A DNA stretch of 64,000 nucleotides from an uncultured Methanobacteriaceae archaeon (GCA_963775495.1 CAVZIM010000009.1:39962-103961); one strand, 5' to 3'; positions 22,393 through 34,960 are shown, numbered from the stretch's first letter. Notes: generated by a model not told the origin, from the letters alone. A program made the numbers and translations.

Positions 22393-23802
22393 ATGTCAGA
22401 ATTCAGCGAATGGTTCCATAATATCCTCGAAGAAGCAGAGATAATCGATACAAGATATCCAGTTAAGGGAATGCATGTTTGGCTTCCCCAGGGTTTTAAA
22501 ATAAGAAAACACACCCTCAACATATTGAAAGAAATATTGGACAAGGATCATGAAGAGGTTCTATTTCCACTTTTAATACCTGAAGATGAACTTGCAAAGG
22601 AAGCAATACATGTTAAGGGATTTGAAGAAGAAGTTTACTGGGTTACTCACGGCGGTCTAACAGAACTAAATGAAAAACTTGCATTAAGGCCAACAAGTGA
22701 AACTGCAATGTATCCAATGTTTTCATTGTGGGTTAGAAATCACAGCGACCTTCCTATGAAATATTATCAAGTGGTCAATACATTTAGATACGAAACTAAA
22801 CATACAAGACCACTTATAAGAGTTAGAGAAATTACAACATTTAAAGAAGCTCATACTGTCCATGCAACAGCTGAAGAAGCAGAACAACAGGTTAAAGATG
22901 CTGTTAAGATCTATAAAAAATTCTTTGACATGCTGGGAATACCATATACAGTTAGTAAACGCCCTGAATGGGACAAGTTTCCAGGTGCATTATACACAGT
23001 TGCATTTGACACAATTATGCCCGATGGTAAGACACTACAGATTGGTACTGTTCATAATCTGGGTCAGACATTTGCCAAAACATTTGACATTACATACGAA
23101 ACAGCCACAGGTGAACATGAATATGTTTATCAAACTTGTTATGGGCTTTCTGACAGGGTAATTGCTTCTGTAATTGGTATTCATGGTGATAAATCTGGTC
23201 TTTGTATGCCTCCAGATATTGCCCCATACCAAGTAGTAATAGTTCCAATAATCTTCAAAAAAGGTGGTGAGGAGGTACTTGAATTTTGTAGGAATCTCGA
23301 AGAGAAATTAAAAAGTGAAGCTAACTTAAGGGTTTACTTCGATGATAGGGATATAAGGGCTGGTAAAAAATATTATGAATGGGAAATGAGAGGAGTGCCT
23401 TTAAGAATTGAAATAGGACCAAGGGACATTCAAAATAAAAAAGTAGTAACCTATAGAAGAGATACTCAAGAAAAGGAGATAATTGACTACAATCCATTAG
23501 CCGTATCAGAAACAACCTTCGAAATTCTGGGAGAAATAAGTCTTAACATGAAAGACAGGGCATGGGAAACATTCGAAAAAAATATCAGGAGTGTTAATTC
23601 AATTGAAGAAGCAACAGATGAAATGGCTAAAGCCAGTGGAATAATAACTTTCAACTGGTGCGGTGATGAAGATTGTGGAAAAGATATTGAAGAAAAGGTT
23701 AAAGTTGCTATTTTAGGAGTTCAAGAATCTGATAATAATTCAACTTGTATCAACTGTGATAAACCTTCAAAACACATAACACTAATAGCAAAAACCTACT
23801 AG
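22393..23802 (+). CDS. proS: Prolyl-tRNA synthetase (archaeal/eukaryal type)
   Basis: [44 protein letters not shown]; C-terminal Zn-binding Cys residues. Confidence 0.97.
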   Translation: MSEFSEWFHNILEEAEIIDTRYPVKGMHVWLPQGFKIRKHTLNILKEILDKDHEEVLFPLLIPEDELAKEAIHVKGFEEEVYWVTHGGLTELNEKLALRPTSETAMYPMFSLWVRNHSDLPMKYYQVVNTFRYETKHTRPLIRVREITTFKEAHTVHATAEEAEQQVKDAVKIYKKFFDMLGIPYTVSKRPEWDKFPGALYTVAFDTIMPDGKTLQIGTVHNLGQTFAKTFDITYETATGEHEYVYQTCYGLSDRVIASVIGIHGDKSGLCMPPDIAPYQVVIVPIIFKKGGEEVLEFCRNLEEKLKSEANLRVYFDDRDIRAGKKYYEWEMRGVPLRIEIGPRDIQNKKVVTYRRDTQEKEIIDYNPLAVSETTFEILGEISLNMKDRAWETFEKNIRSVNSIEEATDEMAKASGIITFNWCGDEDCGKDIEEKVKVAILGVQESDNNSTCINCDKPSKHITLIAKTY

Positions 23803-23812
23803 GAGGTATTAT

Positions 23813-24499
23813 ATGAGTATAAGACTGGTCTTTTTAATATTTGTAATTGTAATCTTTGCAGCTGGAACAGGTTTTTTAAGTTACTCCCAGTCAACTGGAA
23901 TATCACTAGCACAAGCTTATACCAATGGAAATGTGAATATAACACAGATTACTCCGGCAGGAAGCATACCGCATCAAGTAAATATTACCAATAAGGGCAA
24001 TGAACCAATAGATGTTCAAATTGGAGATACACTCATATCAAATGGTTCCCAAAACCTTGTAATTGCCCAAAACGAAACAGTGGATCAAAATTCTTCGGAT
24101 AGTGTATCTGCTTACTGTATTCAACCAACACAAAGGGCAGTACCCGGTGCAAAATTAAGTGTAAATGGAACATCATCCAATGCAGTTATACAAGTAATAG
24201 AAGGTTCTAATCCCAATGATATTACTAATGCAACCAATACACAGGCACAAATATTCATACTCACCTCTGGAGTGAATTTCTACATATACAGTGGCGAACC
24301 CTATGCAGAAGTCTTGAATCAAAGCATAACTTATACAAAGTATAGACAGATAGTTGTAGCAGCATCACAATCGTTGGCAACACAGTTTAATGTTAGTGTT
24401 AGTAATATTGGTAATATAAATCAGAACCAAACATCAAACTCCTCAAATTCCCTAAATGGTTTTTTAAACTGGGTTAAAACAACTACAGGAATCTCATAG
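23813..24499 (+). CDS. Exported or membrane-anchored hypothetical protein with a single Cys (AYCIQP) and a TQxxIF motif
   Basis: N-terminal hydrophobic helix; many N-glycosylation sequons; AGGAGGT SD; lies between proS and cofC. Confidence 0.8.
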   Translation: MSIRLVFLIFVIVIFAAGTGFLSYSQSTGISLAQAYTNGNVNITQITPAGSIPHQVNITNKGNEPIDVQIGDTLISNGSQNLVIAQNETVDQNSSDSVSAYCIQPTQRAVPGAKLSVNGTSSNAVIQVIEGSNPNDITNATNTQAQIFILTSGVNFYIYSGEPYAEVLNQSITYTKYRQIVVAASQSLATQFNVSVSNIGNINQNQTSNSSNSLNGFLNWVKTTTGIS

Positions 24500-24536
24500 A
24501 ACATAAATAATCTTTAAATTCATTAAAGGTTGGAAC

Positions 24537-25217
24537 ATGAAGAAAACAATTGCAATTATACCAGTATCTAGATTTGCACATGCAAAAACTAGACTTTCAC
24601 CCACTCTAACGCCATTAGAAAGAGAAAATCTTTTAAAATCCATGTTAAAAGATGTTATTGGTGTTCTAAAACAGAAGGTGAGTGAAGTAGTAGTAATAAG
24701 CTCTGATGAAGATGTTCTTAGATATGTTGATGATATGGGTGTGGTTTCATTAAAAGAGGATGGTACAACAGATCTTAATGGCGCTTTATTACAGGCCATT
24801 AAATGGTGTTCTAAACTGTCTAACCAGGTTCTTATAGTGCCTTCAGATGTTCCACTCATGAAAGTGGAACATGTGGATAAGATAATTAAAATGGGAGAAA
24901 CAGCAGATCTTGTGATAGCACCAGCAAAAGGGGGAGGTACAAACGCTCTTTTGTGTCCAGTAACAGATATGGAAACGAAATTTGGGGAATGCAGTTTCTT
25001 TGAGCATCTCAAAGTTGCGTCTTTAAAAAATTGGCAGTATGCTGTTTTTGACTCGTTTTACATGTCGTTAGATGTTAACACTGCAGAAGATTTAGGTGAA
25101 ATAATGCTTCATGGATTAGATACTGCGACTAGAAGTTTTTTAAAATCCACAGGATTAGAAGTATCTTCCAACCATGGTAAAGAACGGTTATGTATTAAAA
25201 GGAGCACATCAAAATGA
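24537..25217 (+). CDS. cofC: 2-phospho-L-lactate guanylyltransferase (F420 biosynthesis)
   Basis: [36 protein letters not shown]. Confidence 0.93.
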   Translation: MKKTIAIIPVSRFAHAKTRLSPTLTPLERENLLKSMLKDVIGVLKQKVSEVVVISSDEDVLRYVDDMGVVSLKEDGTTDLNGALLQAIKWCSKLSNQVLIVPSDVPLMKVEHVDKIIKMGETADLVIAPAKGGGTNALLCPVTDMETKFGECSFFEHLKVASLKNWQYAVFDSFYMSLDVNTAEDLGEIMLHGLDTATRSFLKSTGLEVSSNHGKERLCIKRSTSK

Positions 25218-25966
25218 TGGCAATGACCATAGGAGGTTACGATCCCTCGGGTGGTGCTGGTATTTTAAGTGATATTAAAACATTCCATGCACTCGGTGTT
25301 TATGGAACCGCAGTTATCACTGTATTAACTGCCCAGAATTCTAAAAGAGTCGAAGATATTCGAACTATTTCAACTGATTTTATCCAAAAACAAATAGAAA
25401 CAATATTAGAAGATATTCCCATTAAATTTACGAAAACAGGAATGTTGTACTCTTCAGAGAATGTCAAAGTTGTATCGGAGAAAATTGTTGATCACGATCT
25501 TAATCTGGTTGTTGATCCTGTTATGGTTGCCGGATGTGGTTCCCTCCTTTCTGTTGAGGGTTACGTAGAATCGGTAAAAAAGTATCTGCTTCCAAATGCC
25601 GTACTTACAACACCGAACATTAACGAAGCTGAACAGCTTTCAGGTATTAAAATAAATTGTATCGACGATGCAGTAGATGCCGCCATTGAAATTGGTAAAA
25701 TATGTGATGTGATTGTAACAGGCGGACACCTAAATGGTGAAAATGTACTTTTTAATGGTACAATTGCAATTATCAAGGATGAAATTGTTGATAGTATTAA
25801 CACCCATGGAACTGGTTGTTCTTATTCTGCCGCAATAACAGCGGGACTTGCAAAGGGTACTGATTTATTATCATCTGTTGAAATGGCAGGAGAATTTGTT
25901 AAAGAAAGTGTTATTAATGGTGATTGGGGAACACTAAATCAATTTCATAACCCCAAATCCAAATGA
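25214..25966 (+). CDS. thiD: Hydroxymethylpyrimidine/phosphomethylpyrimidine kinase
   Basis: [42 protein letters not shown]. Confidence 0.95.
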   Translation: MMAMTIGGYDPSGGAGILSDIKTFHALGVYGTAVITVLTAQNSKRVEDIRTISTDFIQKQIETILEDIPIKFTKTGMLYSSENVKVVSEKIVDHDLNLVVDPVMVAGCGSLLSVEGYVESVKKYLLPNAVLTTPNINEAEQLSGIKINCIDDAVDAAIEIGKICDVIVTGGHLNGENVLFNGTIAIIKDEIVDSINTHGTGCSYSAAITAGLAKGTDLLSSVEMAGEFVKESVINGDWGTLNQFHNPKSK

Positions 25967-26008
25967 TAAAGAGGATAATAAGATAAACGATCATTTATTA
26001 ACTAAAGT

Positions 26009-26824
26009 TTGGGTGGTAAAGTGGTTTCTAATGAAGAAATTAAACGAATGCTTGAGGCTAAGAGAAAGGGGATTAATATTAAAGATTATAAAAATAAATC
26101 TGAAAATTATAAAGTATGTTCCCAATGTGAAACTAAAAATCCAGAAAACGCTATCTTCTGTGTTAACTGTGGAAACAAATTAGATAAAAATTTGAATATT
26201 AAATGTCCTTCATGCGGTACAGAAAATAATACTAATGCTAAATTCTGTGTTGGATGTGGAAAAAACTTAAATCAAAAAACAATTGTATCCGAACCAATTA
26301 AAGTCATTCCCAAAGATCAAACAGCCGATAATAGTGGATATGATGTAGAATTTTCAAAATCAAAAAATAAATCTGAAAATAATAACAAAAAATTAGAAAA
26401 CAAAGATGAGTCAATCACAAATCCCCTCACACCAGATATCACAGAACAGGACCCATTAATAAAAAATGATTCAAAAAAGGTCTGTCCCGCATGTAATGGT
26501 AAAAATCTTAAAACTGCTAAGTTCTGTGTTGTCTGCGGTAAAAACTTTGATAAAAAAGACATAACATCCCCATCTAAAGAAATAGAAGAAAATAAAAAAC
26601 TTCAAAGTATAACACCCGAAATTAAGGTTCCCAATGGCATATTGAATGTTAATAAGAAATATACTAATGATAAAGAATCAAACAAGAAACGTGAATTATC
26701 CACCGAAAACAATTATATCGATCCAGTTGAGAAAATAAAAAAAAGTAAAGAACTACTGGATATGGGTGCTATAACTTCTGAAGAGTTTGAACATATAAAA
26801 AAGAAGTATTTAGAACAGATATAA
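26009..26824 (+). CDS. Zinc-ribbon (double zinc ribbon) protein with C-terminal SHOCT domain
   Basis: Three CxxC-x10-CxxCG ribbons; ELLDMGAITSEEFEHIKKKYL SHOCT motif. Confidence 0.85.
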   Translation: MGGKVVSNEEIKRMLEAKRKGINIKDYKNKSENYKVCSQCETKNPENAIFCVNCGNKLDKNLNIKCPSCGTENNTNAKFCVGCGKNLNQKTIVSEPIKVIPKDQTADNSGYDVEFSKSKNKSENNNKKLENKDESITNPLTPDITEQDPLIKNDSKKVCPACNGKNLKTAKFCVVCGKNFDKKDITSPSKEIEENKKLQSITPEIKVPNGILNVNKKYTNDKESNKKRELSTENNYIDPVEKIKKSKELLDMGAITSEEFEHIKKKYLEQI

Positions 26825-26837
26825 AAACAAAAAGGAA

Positions 26838-27269
26838 TTATAAACTGTACACCTCATCAGATGTAAGTACAGTTATTCCACCCTTTTCTAATGCATTTAT
26901 ACCGGCATCAATATCTTCGGTACGTATCACAACAATTGCATTTTTCCCCTTTTTTTCAACAAAAGCATATAAATATTCTACATTAATATCTAATTTGTTT
27001 AATGCTTCTAAAACACTATCTAATCCTCCAGGCTCGTCTAAAATACTGACAGCTATCACATCGTTTACCTTAACAACGAAATTTGATTCTTCAAGTATAT
27101 TCTTGGCTTTTTCAGGTTCAGGTACAATTATTCTTAAAATACCAAATTCGGAAGTATCAGCAATTGAAAGAGCTCTAATATTAATTTTTGCAACTGAAAG
27201 TATATTCAATGCCTTCCACAACCGCCCTTTTCGATTTTCTAGAAATACAGATATTTGTTTTAATTTCAT
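26838..27269 (-). CDS. ACT-domain protein (tandem ACT)
   Basis: [40 protein letters not shown]; usual neighbour of paaK-like genes. Confidence 0.92.
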   Translation of the reverse strand: MKLKQISVFLENRKGRLWKALNILSVAKINIRALSIADTSEFGILRIIVPEPEKAKNILEESNFVVKVNDVIAVSILDEPGGLDSVLEALNKLDINVEYLYAFVEKKGKNAIVVIRTEDIDAGINALEKGGITVLTSDEVYSL

Positions 27270-27335
27270 TTTATCCCTCAAAATTTTTAGATAACCATGA
27301 ATTTAAAAATTTAAACTTCGATGGCTTAATCTTTA

Positions 27336-28634
27336 TCAGATACTCCTTTTGTCAATAACTCTAACAGCTTTCCCTTCACTTCTTGGGAGGCTTTTAGGTT
27401 CCACAAGAGATATATTGACACGTAATCCAATTTCATTGTGTATTTTATTCTCGATATTTCTCTTTATTTCTTCAACATGTTTAACTTCGTCTGAAAAGAG
27501 TGCTGGTGATGTTTCAACCATCACTTCAATTTCATCTAGATGGTGTGGTCTTGTAACAATTATCTGATACTGTGGTTCTAGACCTTCTATTTTAAGAAGT
27601 GCCTTCTCAATCTGGGATGGGAAAACAATAACTCCCCTTATTTTAAGCATATCATCACTACGCCCAGTTATACGATCCATTTTAACTTGTGTCCTACCAC
27701 ATTCACATATACTCCTATTTAATGCAGTTATATCCCGTGTACGGAATCTGATGACGGGCATGCCGTCTCTTGTTAATGTGGTCAACACAAGTTCACCATT
27801 TTCTCCATCTGGGAGCTGTTTAAGTGTCTGTGGATCTATTATCTCGGGATAAAAATGGTCTTCGAATATGTGGAGTCCTTTTTTAACTGGACATTCCATT
27901 GCAACTCCAGGGCCCATAATTTCTGTCAACCCATAAATATTCTGGGCCGAAATATTGAGTCTCTTTTCAAGTTTTTCCCTCATTTCTTCAGTCCACATTT
28001 CAGCTCCAAAACATCCGGCCTTGAGTTTGAGTTTTGATGTATCTATACCTTCATTTTCCGCTACCTCTGCAAGGTACAGACCATAGGAAGGTGTACAAGT
28101 CAACACAGTTGTTTCAAAATCTTGCATAATTTCAAGCTGTCTCATGGTGTTTCCTGCAGATATTGGTATAACAGTTGCCCCTATTTTCTGGCCACCATAA
28201 TGGACTCCCATTCCCCCGGTAAAAAGACCATAACCATAACTGTTTTGTATTTTATCATTTCGACGAACACCAGTCATTGTTAATGCCCTTGCCATTACTT
28301 CACCCCATATTTCCAGATCTTCTTTTGTATAACCCGAAACCGTTGGTTTTCCAGTTGTACCGGATGTTGTATGGACTTCAACTATTTCCTCGGTTGAAAC
28401 AGCAAACATACCAAATGGATATGCATCCCTTAGATCAGTTTTACTCGTGAACGGAAGTTTTTCAATATCTTCTAATGTTTCAATGTCTTCTGGTTCAATT
28501 TTAAGATCGTTAAAACGTTTATTATAATATGGAACTAGCTCATAGGCCCGTTTTACAACGGACTGTAATCGTCGAAGTTGAAGTTCTTTTGTTTCTTCTG
28601 CAGACATACATTCTGCCTCTTTATTCCAGATCAT
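27336..28634 (-). CDS. paaK: Phenylacetate-CoA ligase / F390-synthetase-like adenylate-forming enzyme
   Basis: [10 protein letters not shown]-loop, [28 protein letters not shown]. Confidence 0.9.
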   Translation of the reverse strand: MIWNKEAECMSAEETKELQLRRLQSVVKRAYELVPYYNKRFNDLKIEPEDIETLEDIEKLPFTSKTDLRDAYPFGMFAVSTEEIVEVHTTSGTTGKPTVSGYTKEDLEIWGEVMARALTMTGVRRNDKIQNSYGYGLFTGGMGVHYGGQKIGATVIPISAGNTMRQLEIMQDFETTVLTCTPSYGLYLAEVAENEGIDTSKLKLKAGCFGAEMWTEEMREKLEKRLNISAQNIYGLTEIMGPGVAMECPVKKGLHIFEDHFYPEIIDPQTLKQLPDGENGELVLTTLTRDGMPVIRFRTRDITALNRSICECGRTQVKMDRITGRSDDMLKIRGVIVFPSQIEKALLKIEGLEPQYQIIVTRPHHLDEIEVMVETSPALFSDEVKHVEEIKRNIENKIHNEIGLRVNISLVEPKSLPRSEGKAVRVIDKRSI

Positions 28635-29059
28635 TGTGTCCTCCTACTAAATCATAAAACTTTAAAAGAATGAATCAAATTTTAGTTTAATAATAAATCT
28701 AGTTAAAGCTTACTATAGCATTTTAGTCGGCAGGAGAATGACAACAAAAACAATTAAATATTAACAGAATTTAATCGAGATTTATAACTTTTAAATTGTA
28801 TACAGTTAGTTTTTCTTAAAGATGTAAGATTTGCATTACTTAATTTTGTTAAATAATTGTAATATGTTTGTTGAATATTATTTATCTCAATAAATTTGAG
28901 AATATTTGATTATAATTTACATGAAAATTAGTGATGTAATTAGATGTAATTTGATGTAATAAATTGAAATAAGAAAACAATTATTAAGTTTATTTTATAA
29001 TATTTAATTATACAATAAAATTTGTGTAAAAAAAAAACTTTTAAATCTAATTGGGGGGA

Positions 29060-32000
29060 TTGAAAATATTTCAGAAAATAAAATATTTAAATCTATTATT
29101 CCTAAGATACTAACTATAATTTTATTTTCTATAATCATTTTAACTTGCGCTACAAACGAAGTATCTGCAGCTAACTCCACTGCCTTATCAGGAGATAACA
29201 GTATTATTAACAGTACCAATTATTCGGTGGATTCTGCTCAAAGTAATGGGGAAATTTCTAGTTTTCAGAGTTCTTCAAGTAATACAAGCAATATTAATAT
29301 TACTGATGATTTTAAAGATGCTTACAATCCAGGATATCCGAATCCTGGAAGTGAAGTATCACAGTCAAATTACTGTAGCTGGGTTTGGAACGATATTAAT
29401 ATAACAAATAATGGTCCTAATGATTCAAATATAACTATTGATGACAATCAATCAAAAGGATTTGTTTATTACAATCCTTCAATTGGATGGCAAGGTTATG
29501 TTCGATTCAATAATGGTTCGGGTTGGACATGGGACAACAATTTTAATGTTACTACAGGTATTGGGACATATGATGTCATAAGTGGTGATAGTTACCAGAT
29601 TGCAATTTTAGGCTACATAAATCAGACAGGTACCATAAACAATACTGTAACCGAAATTTCACAAGATTCGACTTCTTTATATCCATATCCCTCGACAAAT
29701 GCAACTTTAACAATACCGAAAGCCGCAATAATCAAATTAAAAGAAGATTTTAGAAATAGTTTAAATGGTACTACAATAAGTACTGGAAATTATTTAGATT
29801 GGGTTTATGCAGTAACAACCACAACCAATAACGGCCCAGATACTGCTAATGTAAGATATCAATCTGAATCAGGAGGATTCACACCTAACGGAACATATTA
29901 TGTGAGTAAAGACAACGGAGTAACATGGGTTAAGAATGATAGATCTTATAATATTTCAACGGGTATATGGAGTGTTGACATACCGTCTAACTCATCATAT
30001 TTACTTGCGATATACGGCCAGATTACACAGCCTGCTAATATTAATAATACTATAACTGAGATATCCCAAGACGTATATAACCCGTACGGTCCCAACAACA
30101 CTATACCTAAGTGTTTATTGGTGTTTGATGATGGAAACATTGCCCAGTATAGTATTGCTTTTAAATATATGCAAACTAAGGGGATCTTAGGCACGAATTA
30201 TATAAACGGCTACGACATCGGTCAAATTGGTGTAGAAACTCTAGCAGATTTACAAGAAATGAATGCAGCTGGATGGATCATAGCAAATCACACCTATGAT
30301 CATCTTGTTTTAACAAAACTAACGGATCAAGAGATTAGTAATGAAATATTAGAAGATACTAACTATTTAATCGATAATGGAATGCCTAACGGTGCATATG
30401 ATCTAGCATATCCTGGAGGATATTCAGACCCTGATGTTTACAATATTATGAACGAATTAGGTATTCAAACTGGACGAACAACAGTAGGAAGTAGTATAAG
30501 TAATCTTAATGCTCTAGATCTCTACCAGATCCCCGCATATACCATTATAAATACTACTTCTGTCACAAGCGTAGAAAGTTATGTTAATAATGCAATGACT
30601 TCGGATTCAACTGTCGTTATACTATTTCATGATATAGTAAGTTCTAATGCTACAGAATACCAATATTTAACAAGTGATTTTCAGGATATAATTGATTACA
30701 TATCTGATAGTGGAATAGATTGTATAACAATTAATGACTTGTATCAAGATGCAACTGTTGCTCCAATAAACATCCCCACAAACGGATCTGAATATAATAA
30801 CAATTCAACTTCAAATGGATACGCTTCTGCTGTTGGATACATCCAACCAGAAGCAGATATACAAATTAACAATACAGCATCTAATATCACACCCAAATAT
30901 CATGATTACGTAACATTAACCGTAACTGTTACAAATAACGGACCTAACAATGCAGAGAATGTGACAGTAGGCGAATGGTTGGGCAATGGCGATTTAACAT
31001 ATGTATCAGATAACAGTGATGGATCATATAATCCTGTAACAGGAGTATGGACGATAGGATCACTAGAAAATGGCGCTTCAGAAACTTTAAATATAATCAC
31101 ATTGGTTTCAATGGAAAATGTAACAATAACAAATGAAGCAACTTATAACTCAGGATCAACCTATGATCCTAATCCTGATAATAATTATCAAATCATAAAT
31201 ATGACAGTACCTCCTGAACCTATAGTAGAATCGATTGATCCATCAGAAAATGCAGTAAATATTTCAGCAAATAAAGTGATTACAATAACATTAAGCGAAC
31301 CCGTTAATGCTGGTAGTATGTGGATTGTACTTCAGAAAAGTTCTGGAGTTTCAATACCCATAACAACAGATATAAACGGTAACATACTGACTATAACACC
31401 TAATGTATTATTATTAAATGGCGGATATGAAATAATCTTACATACTGGTAGCATAACTGATCTGGAAGGTAATATGCTAGCACTCTGGAGTAGTAACTTC
31501 GATGTTTACAGCACTCCACCATCAGTTAAAACAATAACTCCCTTAAAAAATACAATTAATAGAACATCTAATCAGGTTATTAAAATTACATTTAATCTGC
31601 CCATTAAAGCTGGTAGCATGTGGATTGTACTCGAAAATAGTTCAGGAGTATCAAAACCCATAAAAATGAATATTAACGGTGATATACTAACCATAACACC
31701 GGATGCACTATTAGCAAATGGCGGATATGAAATAGTCTTACATACTGGTAGTATAACAGATCTAGCAGGTAATAATCTCGTACTTTGGGGTAGTGGTTTT
31801 ACAGTAGACATCATCCCACCAACAGTGAAAACATGGACACCTACAAGTAATGAATTAAATGTACCTATAAACCAAGTGATCAAAATAACCTTCAATGAAC
31901 CAATAAAAGCGGGAAATATGAATTTTGAATTGAAAACTAGTAATGGAAAAGAAATAGCATTTACAAAAACAATCACCGGAAATACATTAATTCTGAAACC

Positions 32001-32115
32001 TACAACATATCTAGATAAAGGAGTTAAATATACAATAATTCTGCATACAGGCAGTGTAACCGATTTAAATGATAACAATTTAAAGGTATGTAGTAACATA
32101 TTCACCACAATTTAA
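29060..32115 (+). CDS. Large surface protein: signal peptide, DUF11-like repeats, CE4/NodB polysaccharide deacetylase domain, three C-terminal Ig-like (Big_5) domains; 5' end lacks an in-frame canonical start
   Basis: VFDDG, NHTYDH, AYPGG and ILFHD deacetylase motifs; repeated LHTGSITDLxGN. The frame upstream of GTG 29227 encodes KILTIILFSIIILTCATNEVSAA. Confidence 0.8.
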
Positions 32116-32428
32116 ATACACATACCATTTTCTACTTTTTTTTGATTAAAAAATTTAATGCTAAAAATTATTTGATCAACAAGTAACAACTCCAAAAATT
32201 CCGTGAATCGTCCAGAAATAGATGTATAGGATATTACTAAATCAAACAGATAATTGATATCATGATGGAAGACTCAAAACTATAAATATCCTCTCATAGA
32301 TTTTTTTTGTGATACTCAGTTAATTTTTTATGAACAAAAATACATAATAAATCTATGATATGGTTTTGTTCAAGTTTTAAGTATAGGAATTTGTTGTTTT
32401 AATAAACTTTCCGTGGAGGTATTTGTTT

Positions 32429-32596
32429 ATGGATAGATACAGATGTGGAATATGTGGTTATGTATACAATCCTGAAAAGGGTGAATCAAGAAATAAAACA
32501 GCTCCAGGGACTGCCTTTGAGGATCTTCCTGAAAAATGGTTCTGTCCATCATGTGGCGCTGCTAAAAGACGTTTTAAAGTTACTAAAAGACCATAG
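32429..32596 (+). CDS. Rubredoxin (55 aa; not in ORF track)
   Basis: [18 protein letters not shown]...[15 protein letters not shown]; GGAGGT SD. Confidence 0.95.
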   Translation: MDRYRCGICGYVYNPEKGESRNKTAPGTAFEDLPEKWFCPSCGAAKRRFKVTKRP

Positions 32597-32619
32597 TAAT
32601 ATTTAAAATTTTTATTTAA

Positions 32620-32635
32620 TTTTTTTTTTTTTTTT
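32620..32635 (+). terminator. Oligo-T tract between the convergent rubredoxin and sod genes
   Basis: 16 consecutive T just after the rubredoxin stop; oligo-U tracts act as archaeal terminators. Confidence 0.5.
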
Positions 32636-32682
32636 AATTATATTTTTATTTTAAATAAAAAAAATAGAAGATAAGAACTGAA

Positions 32683-33297
32683 TTAAAGAGGAGATTTGAG
32701 CCATGTATCTGTTTTTCGGTTTACTTCATCCCAGTTAATTAGTTTCCAGAATGCTTCTATATAATCCGGTCGTTTATTCTTGTAGTCAAGATAGTATGCA
32801 TGCTCCCACATATCCAATACCATCATTATTCGAAATCCTGGTATCACATTTACATTATGTTTTTCTATTTGCATAATGAATATCCTGTCTGTTTTTCTAC
32901 ACAATGTTAATACAGCCCAACCAGATCCTTCTACACCTGCAGCAGCTTGAGTAAATTCCTTTTTAAATCTTTCAAATGTTCCAAAATCCTTTTTTATATA
33001 TTCTGCTATGGTTCCTGTTGGTTCTCCACCACATTTATCTGCAGGTCCCATATTTGTCCATAAATAGTTATGGAGTACAAATCCACCTACATTAAAACTC
33101 AATTCTTTTGCAACAGCCTTAACATCAAATTCTTCATCATTTCTTGAATCAAATTTTTTAAGTAAAGCGTTTGCTCCATCAACATATGCTTGGTGATGTT
33201 TATCATGGTGTAATTTCAATTGTTCCTCTGATATGTATGGCTCAAGATCCTTATATCCATACGGAAGATCTGGTAGTTTGTAATATTTATTATCCAT
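32683..33297 (-). CDS. sod: Fe/Mn superoxide dismutase
   Basis: [26 protein letters not shown]; start refined to ATG 33297. Confidence 0.96.
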   Translation of the reverse strand: MDNKYYKLPDLPYGYKDLEPYISEEQLKLHHDKHHQAYVDGANALLKKFDSRNDEEFDVKAVAKELSFNVGGFVLHNYLWTNMGPADKCGGEPTGTIAEYIKKDFGTFERFKKEFTQAAAGVEGSGWAVLTLCRKTDRIFIMQIEKHNVNVIPGFRIMMVLDMWEHAYYLDYKNKRPDYIEAFWKLINWDEVNRKTDTWLKSPL

Positions 33298-33356
33298 TTC
33301 TTTGTTCCTCCCCAAATATGAAATTTATATTTGAATCTAATTCAAAATTTCAGGTA

Positions 33357-34043
33357 TTACCATTTATAGTAGTTTCTGTAGCAAAGCCACCAGTCAAAAC
33401 ATTTATATTTTCCTTGACGTTTGTTTATACTTTCAATATCGGAAGGAGGTGGAATTATCAGTCCTTTGCCTATAAGTTCGTTTTCAGGCCAATTTGCAGG
33501 TATTGCTACTTGTTTTTCTTCTATCTGATTGAATCCTTCTATCATTCTTAGAATTTCATCTATGTTACGTCCAAGTTCTTGTGGATAATATAATATAGCC
33601 CTTATAATTCCTCGTGGATCGATTATAAATACGGCCCTTACTGTATTGGTTGCTTTTGCCGGGTGAATTAAACCTAAACAATTTGCTACATCACCTGTAT
33701 CGGCAATTACAGGGAATTCTATATCAACACATAAATTATCTTGTATCCATTCAATCCATTTAAGATGCGAGAAAACTTGGTCAACACTTAAACCAATTAG
33801 TTCACAGTTCAGATCCTTAAATTTCTGGTATCTGTTTTGAAAAGCAACAAATTCTGTTGTACAAACCGGTGTAAAGTCAGCTGGATGACTAAAAAGAACA
33901 AACCATTTATCTTTAAAAGCTTTTGGAAGTTTCATCATTCCCTGTGTTGTTTGAACCTTCATCTTTGGGAATTCATCCCCAATTAATGGCATTCCCTTTC
34001 CATCATTTCTCATCTTCTTTGTGATGTAAACCTTTTCACCCAT
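33357..34043 (-). CDS. Peroxiredoxin (AhpC/TSA, archaeal Prx6-like)
   Basis: [36 protein letters not shown]-terminal CFDWWLC. Confidence 0.95.
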   Translation of the reverse strand: MGEKVYITKKMRNDGKGMPLIGDEFPKMKVQTTQGMMKLPKAFKDKWFVLFSHPADFTPVCTTEFVAFQNRYQKFKDLNCELIGLSVDQVFSHLKWIEWIQDNLCVDIEFPVIADTGDVANCLGLIHPAKATNTVRAVFIIDPRGIIRAILYYPQELGRNIDEILRMIEGFNQIEEKQVAIPANWPENELIGKGLIIPPPSDIESINKRQGKYKCFDWWLCYRNYYKW

Positions 34044-34094
34044 AGATTACCCTCCCATTTTGGAAACTATATTACACACTTTTTCTAAAAATAT

Positions 34095-34111
34095 TACATA
34101 ATAATTATGTA
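34095..34111. promoter_or_regulatory. Perfect palindrome TACATAAT-A-ATTATGTA at the peroxiredoxin promoter (Fur/PerR-box-like)
   Basis: 8-1-8 inverted repeat between a minus-strand TTTAAATA TATA (34120-34127) and the ATG (34043). Confidence 0.6.
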
Positions 34112-34231
34112 GTTATTTTTATTTAAAAATTTCGAAAAATGATATTTAGGGTTACAAATCTGTTAAAAGACTGTAATAATGGATTTCAATAAATTAAATA
34201 AAAAAAAGTAGGTAGTTAATGAAAAATTAAT

Positions 34232-34741
34232 TCATTTGTTTGTGGCGGGTGGGGTGAAAATACGCTGAGCAAGCTCATTATCCAGCATCAACATTCCGCT
34301 TAATGAACCTTTGGCCATTGTAACCTTTTTAAGCACACCACTTGATGATTCTTCTTCTTCTACTTGTTCAGCAACGTACCATTGTAAAAAGTTGTTGGTT
34401 GCATGGTCTCCGAGTGAAATTGCCAAATTTACAAGCTGATTTATTAAGCCTGTAACTTTTTGTTCATGTGAATAAACATGTTCAAAGACTGTTACTGCAG
34501 ATTCCCATTCTGTAGGTGGTGAATCTATCCTTATTAGTATTGCCCTGTCCCCTCTTTGTAATATATAATCATATATTTTCATTGCATGCATGAGTTCTTC
34601 TTGAGCTTGAACTCTCATCCAATTAGCAAATCCACTCATATCTTCCGATTCAAAATAGGATCCCATCGATAGATACAAGTATGAAGAATACAACTCCGCA
34701 TTCAACTGACTGTTTAATGCTTCAACCATTTTTTCATCCAT
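34232..34741 (-). CDS. ftn: Non-heme ferritin
   Basis: [38 protein letters not shown] ferroxidase residues. Confidence 0.95.
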   Translation of the reverse strand: MDEKMVEALNSQLNAELYSSYLYLSMGSYFESEDMSGFANWMRVQAQEELMHAMKIYDYILQRGDRAILIRIDSPPTEWESAVTVFEHVYSHEQKVTGLINQLVNLAISLGDHATNNFLQWYVAEQVEEEESSSGVLKKVTMAKGSLSGMLMLDNELAQRIFTPPATNK

Positions 34742-34798
34742 TGTTCTTCCTCCAAAGATCTACATCTTATACGAATTAAAAAAAATAAATAGAATTAT

Positions 34799-34960
34799 TT
34801 AATCTGTTTCTTCGAATAACTCTTTTCCAACCCCACATAAAGGACAAACCCAATCATCGGGTAGATCTTCAAAGGCAGTTCCTGGAGATATCCCTGCATC
34901 GGGGTCTCCTGCTTCAGGGTCGTATATGTATCCACAAGCTGTGCATATAAATTTCTTCAT
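34799..34960 (-). CDS. Rubredoxin (53 aa; not in ORF track)
   Basis: [19 protein letters not shown]...[17 protein letters not shown]. Confidence 0.96.
   Translation of the reverse strand: MKKFICTACGYIYDPEAGDPDAGISPGTAFEDLPDDWVCPLCGVGKELFEETD

Noticed and set aside
29004-29219. 71-aa minus-strand ORF
   Set aside because: It is the antisense of the signal-peptide region of the surface deacetylase gene.
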